Below, in pieces: positions 58,821 to 64,000 of a stretch of DNA of 64,000 nucleotides (position 1 is the stretch's first letter; each line of letters starts with the position of its first letter). The position numbers and the translations under genes were made by a program. Source of the stretch: an uncultured bacterium (GTDB lineage Bacteria > AUK180); NCBI GenBank assembly GCA_937863565.1, contig CALMGJ010000012.1, positions 124,001 through 188,000 on the forward strand, given 5' to 3'. The notes below the pieces were generated by a model that saw nothing but the letters and a program-made list of their open reading frames with translations, was not told the DNA's origin and searched no databases.

Positions 58821-60386
58821 TCAGTTTGTTTTAAAAAGAATTGTTATTTCGTTATTTCCCAGCATTATGGTGTCATTGTCGGAAAGCACCGTTTTCGTCA
58901 CTCTCTGGCCGTTAAGGAAAGTGCCGTTCACAGAAGTGTCCAGAATAAAATAATTTTCGCCCTCGAAGACCAGCTTGAAATGTTTCCGGGATATCATCTT
59001 ATTGGAGGGAAAAAGTTCATTTCGCCCGAAAGGGATCTCCGAACCTGTGAGCAATATCTCTTTCCCGTTGAGCGGTCCGCTGGAAACGACGAGTTTGAAA
59101 ACATGTTTGAACTTGCCGGATCTCCCGATCCCGGTTATCTCATAGAATTCGGAAGGTATCTGCATCTTCGGGATATCCATAGCCGTGATCTCTTTGGTGA
59201 TCGTAAACTCGGGGCGTTTAGAGATAAGCTGGACGGTTTCGCCGGATTTTTCCCCGATGACGTCCTTACTCGCAACATAAGGCAGAACGGGAATGTCCTT
59301 TATCCCTGAAAAATAGATCACGCCGGCTTTGGATAAAAGAGTGGGAAGGGATTTAATATGGGCACCGTCCACTATCAGAAGCCAGTTAAGGTTCTTATAA
59401 TTCGAGATGAGGTCAAGATTATCGGTGAGCATGGAAAGAAAATTCGGAAGATCGACCAGATCGAGGACCACAAGCATCTCTTTCTTATAGTTGCTTACGG
59501 AAAGGTTCAGGACCTTTTTCAGGATAATAAGCGTTTCCAGTTCCTTGTAACTCACATCGTAGTTTTTAGAAATGTAAAATGAAGTGATATTATGAAAGGT
59601 GGAGAGCTTCATGAGAAGGTCCTCCGAGAACTCGATGCCCGAGAAGTAGAATTCCCTGTATTTGGTGAACCGTGCTTTAACCTTCGAGGTGAACTTTTCG
59701 ATCTCCTCGGGAGTGGTATTGAGTTTTGATGCCATCTGCTTAAAGGAATCAAGCAATTCGAACAACTCGTTCAGGTTCGCCAACTTTATATTCTGCTTCA
59801 GGATGATGCCTACAAGGTATTTAATGAAATTGATATCATTCTTGACAAAGATCGGATTCGCGGTCTCATTGATGAAATTCGCATAGAATTCAAAATATTC
59901 ACCCGCAAAGTCCTTACTTTTCAAAAAATCCAGCGTCAGCGGTGTATTGTAAGAAACCCTGTGTCCGTGAAAACCTTCGAACAGCAGGAAGTACTTCAGT
60001 TTTTTCGAGAAATTATTGAATGAATTAGCCGAACCGTAGCGCTCTATCATCTCCTTGAAGCGGGCTGAGAATTCCAAAGCTTTCAGTTCGGGGAACTCTC
60101 CATCTTCGCAAGGAATGGATAGGGCGATCTCGTCGGAATTATCCGGATCGAAAGCAAGACCGGTTGAAGAAAGATGGCCATGGTTGTCTATTATGAAAAT
60201 ATCGTCTTCCTGGAGGTAGAACTCTTCCACCACGGATTTGGCGAGAGCATATCCCTGCACCGGATCGTTGAATAATGACAGCATGATCGTACCATTCTTA
60301 TTAATGAGCGTTTGATGGTCAGGTGTTTTCTTAGTTATAGTGTCCTGAGCGTTTTTTAGTACCTTACCGAGATTTATAATCTTCAT
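58821..60386 (-). CDS. FHA domain protein
   Basis: C-terminal FGR...ISRKH...SVNGTFLNG...LSDNDTIMLG; N-terminal ~420 aa unassigned. Confidence 0.8.
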   Translation of the reverse strand: MKIINLGKVLKNAQDTITKKTPDHQTLINKNGTIMLSLFNDPVQGYALAKSVVEEFYLQEDDIFIIDNHGHLSSTGLAFDPDNSDEIALSIPCEDGEFPELKALEFSARFKEMIERYGSANSFNNFSKKLKYFLLFEGFHGHRVSYNTPLTLDFLKSKDFAGEYFEFYANFINETANPIFVKNDINFIKYLVGIILKQNIKLANLNELFELLDSFKQMASKLNTTPEEIEKFTSKVKARFTKYREFYFSGIEFSEDLLMKLSTFHNITSFYISKNYDVSYKELETLIILKKVLNLSVSNYKKEMLVVLDLVDLPNFLSMLTDNLDLISNYKNLNWLLIVDGAHIKSLPTLLSKAGVIYFSGIKDIPVLPYVASKDVIGEKSGETVQLISKRPEFTITKEITAMDIPKMQIPSEFYEITGIGRSGKFKHVFKLVVSSGPLNGKEILLTGSEIPFGRNELFPSNKMISRKHFKLVFEGENYFILDTSVNGTFLNGQRVTKTVLSDNDTIMLGNNEITILFKTN

Positions 60387-60542
60387 ATTTTAAATTTTAT
60401 AAAAATAACAAAAAAAAGTCAATAGAATACGATTTTTTGCGAAATTCCACTCCCGACCCGCCGCCTTCGGAAAAAGGGTCTCTATTACATTATTATATAA
60501 TATGGGATTTTGGGATTCCGGTGAATTTTGGTAAAATCAATC

Positions 60543-61163
60543 ATGAAAAAGACGCCGGATATTTCACTGAAAAGATTGTTGCTTTACCGTAAGTGCCTTA
60601 TCGGGATGGAGAATGACGGGATCGCCCTGACATCTTCGCGGAAAATGGGGGATCTTCTTTCCGTAAATCCAGATACGGTCCGCAAGGACATTTCCTTATT
60701 GTGCGGATGCCAGGGAAGAAAGGGTATCGGGTATGATGTGAGGACCCTTCGCGAAAGCGTGGAAAAATACCTTGGCATGAATGAACCGAAAAATATCATC
60801 ATATGCGGCGTGGGCAATATCGGGCAAGCGCTTTTGAACTATCAGCAATGGGCTTCGAGGGGATTCAGGATCACCGCAGCCTTTGACCGGGACAAGAGGA
60901 AAACGGCCAGGGCCATAAACGGCATCCCTGTAATGGAAGACGAACAGATGGCCGATTATCTGCGGGATAACAAGATCGATATTGCCGTTGTTTCGGTCTC
61001 TTCTGAATCTACAAAGGAAAAGATAATGGAACTGTACGCTTTCGGGATAAAGTCTTTTTATGTTATCTCTTCAAGGGTGATCGAAGCTCCGGCGGACGCC
61101 CAGATAGAATATCTTGATATGGTAGCGCCTCTGGAGATATTGATCCATAAAAAAAGAACATAA
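60543..61163 (+). CDS. rex: Redox-sensing transcriptional repressor Rex
   Basis: RLLLYR, SSRKMG...VRKDIS...GRKGIGYDV, CGVGNIGQAL, AAFD; ATG 60543 preferred over TTG 60528. Confidence 0.9.
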   Translation: MKKTPDISLKRLLLYRKCLIGMENDGIALTSSRKMGDLLSVNPDTVRKDISLLCGCQGRKGIGYDVRTLRESVEKYLGMNEPKNIIICGVGNIGQALLNYQQWASRGFRITAAFDRDKRKTARAINGIPVMEDEQMADYLRDNKIDIAVVSVSSESTKEKIMELYAFGIKSFYVISSRVIEAPADAQIEYLDMVAPLEILIHKKRT

Positions 61164-61395
61164 CCGTCATCGCGAAGGGAAATATATACGGTATAGGATA
61201 TCCATTATTGGACTGCAGCGGACTGCCAATAGAGCTTCTGCTGAGATCCCGTTATAAATGCCGATATACAGGATAATTCGCGGAGTTTCCATTTTTTTCG
61301 TCACCCGCGGGCACCTGTTCCGGACGAGACTTCCGGCCGAGACGGTCTGCCGCGTTACGAGAGGCAAAGATCCGGAGAATTTTTACAAACTGTAT

Positions 61396-61424
61396 TTGAA
61401 AAATATTAGTTAATATGGTATAAT
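61396..61424 (+). promoter_or_regulatory. Sigma70-type promoter of rpmB
   Basis: TTGAAA-N17-TATAAT with extended TG. Confidence 0.7.
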
Positions 61425-61459
61425 AACATTTACTTATTAAACTTTATTAGGAGTTTATT

Positions 61460-61648
61460 ATGGCTAAGGTATGCGAGATTTGCGGCAAGGGCGCTGTCTC
61501 AGGAAACAATGTTTCTCACGCACTGAACAGAACGAAGAGGGTCTTCAAGGCTAACCTCCAGACCTTCATGGTCCTTGAATCCGGCAAAAAGGTTAAAAAA
61601 ACTGTTTGCACTAAATGTTTGAAAGCGGGTAAAGTCCGCAAAGCATAA
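61460..61648 (+). CDS. rpmB: 50S ribosomal protein L28
   Basis: [10 protein letters not shown]...[19 protein letters not shown]...CTKCLK. Confidence 0.95.
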   Translation: MAKVCEICGKGAVSGNNVSHALNRTKRVFKANLQTFMVLESGKKVKKTVCTKCLKAGKVRKA

Positions 61649-61657
61649 GGAGTCTTT

Positions 61658-62980
61658 ATGTCCAATATCAAACCACAAGAGGTTCATGGCGTTTTATCCA
61701 AATATATGCTCGCCGACGGAATGGAATTCGTTGTTGATCTCGACAGATCGCACGGATGCTATTTGAACGACCTGAATACGGGAAAGGAGTATCTTGATTT
61801 CTTCACGTTCTTCGCATCGCTTCCCATCGGCTTCAATCACCCCGACCTCATGACGAAAGAGTTCAAAGAGAAGCTTGCGAGAGCGTCGGTGAACAAACCT
61901 TCCAACTCGGACCTGTACACCGTGGAAATGGCGGAATTCGTCGAGACCTTCTTCAGGGTCGCCGTGAAAAGTACCGATCTTAAACATCTTTTCTTCGTTG
62001 ACGGCGGCGGCCTCGCGGTTGAGAACGCCCTCAAGACCGCTATGGATTGGAAAGTGAGGAAAAATTTCGCAAAAGGTTTGAAAACGGAAAAAGGACATAA
62101 GATAATACATTTCCAGGAAGCATTTCACGGCAGAACGGGATACACGCTCTCGCTTACGAATACGGCTGATCCCAGAAAATACATGTACTTCGCGAAATTC
62201 GACTGGCCCAGGGTCCTGAACCCCAAAGTTAAATTCCCTTTGAACGAGATTAATCTTGCGGATGTGAAAAGGAAAGAAGAGGAATGTATCGCACAGATCA
62301 AGAACATCCTCGCGCAGGACAAGGACGATATCGCCGCTTTTATCATGGAACCTATCCAGGGAGAAGGCGGAGACAATCATTTTAGACCCGAGTTCGTGAA
62401 ACAGATCAGAGCGCTTGCCGACGAGAACGATTTCCTTCTTATATTCGACGAAGTGCAGACCGGCATGGGCCTTACCGGTAAATGGTGGGCTTACGAGTAT
62501 TTCGGAGTTCCTGCCGACATCATCGCTTTCGGCAAGAAATCTCAAACCTGCGGTATTGCCGCTTCCAAGAGAGTGGAGGAAGTCGAGAAGAACGTATTCG
62601 CGGAATCTTCGAGGCTCAATTCCACATGGGGCGGCAATCTTACCGATATGGTAAGAGCAAAGAAATACCTTGAAGTCATCGAAAAGGAAAAACTCGTCGA
62701 GAACGCCGCGAACATGGGGAAATATATGACGGATTCCCTGCTCGCGCTCGGCACTAAATACCCGAAGATAACAAATATCAGAGGAAAGGGCCTCATGATA
62801 GCATTCGATTTCGAAACATCGGAAATAAGGAACAAGGCCGTGGACGAGATCAAGAACAATGGCGTTCTGGTCCTTCCCTGCGGCAATAGATCGATACGCC
62901 TGAGACCCGCTCTCAATGTTGCGAAGAAAGAGTGCGACCAGGCGCTCACCGCTTTCGAGAACGCTTTCAAGGCGGTTTAA
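61658..62980 (+). CDS. lat: L-lysine 6-aminotransferase (class III PLP enzyme)
   Basis: MLADG, YLDFFTFFAS, KPSNSDLY, LAVENALKTAMDWK, EPIQGEGGD, DEVQTG, FGKK, RLNSTWGGNL. Confidence 0.9.
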   Translation: MSNIKPQEVHGVLSKYMLADGMEFVVDLDRSHGCYLNDLNTGKEYLDFFTFFASLPIGFNHPDLMTKEFKEKLARASVNKPSNSDLYTVEMAEFVETFFRVAVKSTDLKHLFFVDGGGLAVENALKTAMDWKVRKNFAKGLKTEKGHKIIHFQEAFHGRTGYTLSLTNTADPRKYMYFAKFDWPRVLNPKVKFPLNEINLADVKRKEEECIAQIKNILAQDKDDIAAFIMEPIQGEGGDNHFRPEFVKQIRALADENDFLLIFDEVQTGMGLTGKWWAYEYFGVPADIIAFGKKSQTCGIAASKRVEEVEKNVFAESSRLNSTWGGNLTDMVRAKKYLEVIEKEKLVENAANMGKYMTDSLLALGTKYPKITNIRGKGLMIAFDFETSEIRNKAVDEIKNNGVLVLPCGNRSIRLRPALNVAKKECDQALTAFENAFKAV

Positions 62981-63038
62981 ACAACCCGAGTATTTATGTT
63001 TATATGCATTAAGTTCATTACTTTGTTGCGGAGGAAAA

Positions 63039-63467
63039 ATGAAAACTATTTTGCAGAAACCCGGAAGGGTTAAAAGAAAATGGTGGATAATCGACGCCGA
63101 GAAAAAAGTCCTCGGCCGACTCGCCGTCAAAGTGGCTGAGAAGATCAGCGGACGGGGCAAGATCGATTATACGCCGCATGTTGACGGCGGAGATTTCGTT
63201 ATAGTCATCAATGCCGAAAAAGTGAAGATCACCGGCAGTAAAATGGCCGAGAAAGTTTACTACACATATTCCGGATATCTTGGACATCAGAAGAAGATAA
63301 CACTTCAGGAACTGATGAAAAAGAAACCCGAGCTCGTCATCGAGCACGCGGTCAAGGGTATGATAAATAGGAACAAACTCAAAGCCAAGATGCTTAAGAG
63401 ACTTAAGATATTCGCCGGCCCCGAGCACAGACATCAGGCGCAGAATCCTGAAGTCCTCGATTTATAA
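63039..63467 (+). CDS. rplM: 50S ribosomal protein L13
   Basis: WWIIDA...LGRLA, YTPHVDGGDFVIVINA, AVKGM; ATG 63039 with GGAGG RBS. Confidence 0.95.
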   Translation: MKTILQKPGRVKRKWWIIDAEKKVLGRLAVKVAEKISGRGKIDYTPHVDGGDFVIVINAEKVKITGSKMAEKVYYTYSGYLGHQKKITLQELMKKKPELVIEHAVKGMINRNKLKAKMLKRLKIFAGPEHRHQAQNPEVLDL

Positions 63468-63479
63468 TGGAGGTTATCA

Positions 63480-63875
63480 ATGGAAGGGTTTAACGGATGG
63501 TATGCCACCGGCAGACGCAAGACCTCTGTCGCCAGAGTGTTCATGAAAAAGGGAAGAGGGAAGATCATTGTGAACGATAAAGATTACAAAGAAGTATTCG
63601 GCCGCTTCGATCAGAGGGAGAACATTCTTTCACCCCTAAAGATCACGAACTCCGAGACCTCGTTCGATCTTTTGATCAATGTGAGCGGCGGCGGATTAAC
63701 GGGCCAGGCCGACGCTATCAAGCTCGGCATAGCAAGAGCACTCGTTGAATACAATGAAAAATTCAAAGAGATCCTGAAAAAATACAATCTGCTCACGAGA
63801 GACCCCAGAATGACCGAAAGGAAGAAACCCGGTCAGCGCGGCGCTCGGGCAAGATTCCAGTTCTCCAAGAGATGA
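63480..63875 (+). CDS. rpsI: 30S ribosomal protein S9
   Basis: TGRRKTSVARV, GGGLTGQA, LLTRDPR, FQFSKR. Confidence 0.97.
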   Translation: MEGFNGWYATGRRKTSVARVFMKKGRGKIIVNDKDYKEVFGRFDQRENILSPLKITNSETSFDLLINVSGGGLTGQADAIKLGIARALVEYNEKFKEILKKYNLLTRDPRMTERKKPGQRGARARFQFSKR

Positions 63876-63891
63876 TGGAAAGGAGCAAGTG

Positions 63892-64000
63892 ATGAGAGAG
63901 ATCACCAAAGAAGAATTGAAGGAAGCGAAGATCTACTTCGGGCACAGAACTTTCAAATGGCACCCCAAGTTCAAGCCGTTCATCTATAAAAAACAGTTCG
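63892..64000 (+). CDS. rpsB: 30S ribosomal protein S2, N-terminal part (runs off the window)
   Basis: Manual translation MREITKEELKEAKIYFGHRTFKWHPKFKPFIY, a divergent form of EAGVHFGH...WNPKM; AGGAG RBS. Confidence 0.85.
   Translation, partial: MREITKEELKEAKIYFGHRTFKWHPKFKPFIYKKQF

Noticed and set aside
61164-61390. Possible ncRNA between rex and rpmB
   Set aside because: No recognisable RNA family motif or convincing structure by eye; a covariance-model search would be needed.
61694-63160. 488-aa antisense ORF, and similar shadows such as 31555-32316 and 56194-57003
   Set aside because: They lie opposite well-supported genes and show no recognisable motifs.

Overview
Bacterial chromosomal window from a diderm (TolC efflux; a secreted beta-helix protein with a T9SS-CTD/FlgD-like tail; rplM-rpsI-rpsB order), with a moderate-GC backbone. 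The left end has tig and a minus-strand tRNA His/Lys/Leu cluster. From ~1.7 to ~19.5 kb lies a defence hotspot whose core (~1.9-14.6 kb) is visibly much more AT-rich. It holds a deleted type I R-M remnant (hsdR-like start joined to an hsdM tail), a catalytically inactive long-B Argonaute plus Sir2, a membrane-anchored RelE-like/UvrD/TPR protein with a coiled-coil partner, a GT2 + radical SAM + P-loop kinase triad, a GmrSD-like DUF262 protein, a HARE-HTH/GIY-YIG/RAMA nuclease, a split membrane-anchored Cas4-like pair and AbiEi/AbiEii. Several genes here are followed within 1-3 nt of their stop codons by a non-palindromic GGGACGG-core repeat. Two 30/31-identical copies of it, in inverted orientation, bracket the AT-rich core, and a separate promoter module recurs ahead of three gene blocks. 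The rest contains TPR paralogs separated by 7-mer/8-mer repeat tracts, a nonsense-disrupted pyrimidine-dimer glycosylase, glnA, tRNA-Ile2, nth, a TolC-MacAB-type exporter, a Wzx/Wzy polysaccharide locus interrupted by a cyclase-STAND-TPR gene, a 57-aa histone-H1-like gene missing from the ORF track, a degenerate HD-GYP, a pseudo-WecA/TagA fusion, rex, rpmB, lat, rplM, rpsI and the start of rpsB. No integrase, transposase or CRISPR array was recognised. All family calls come from motif reading by eye, not from database searches.
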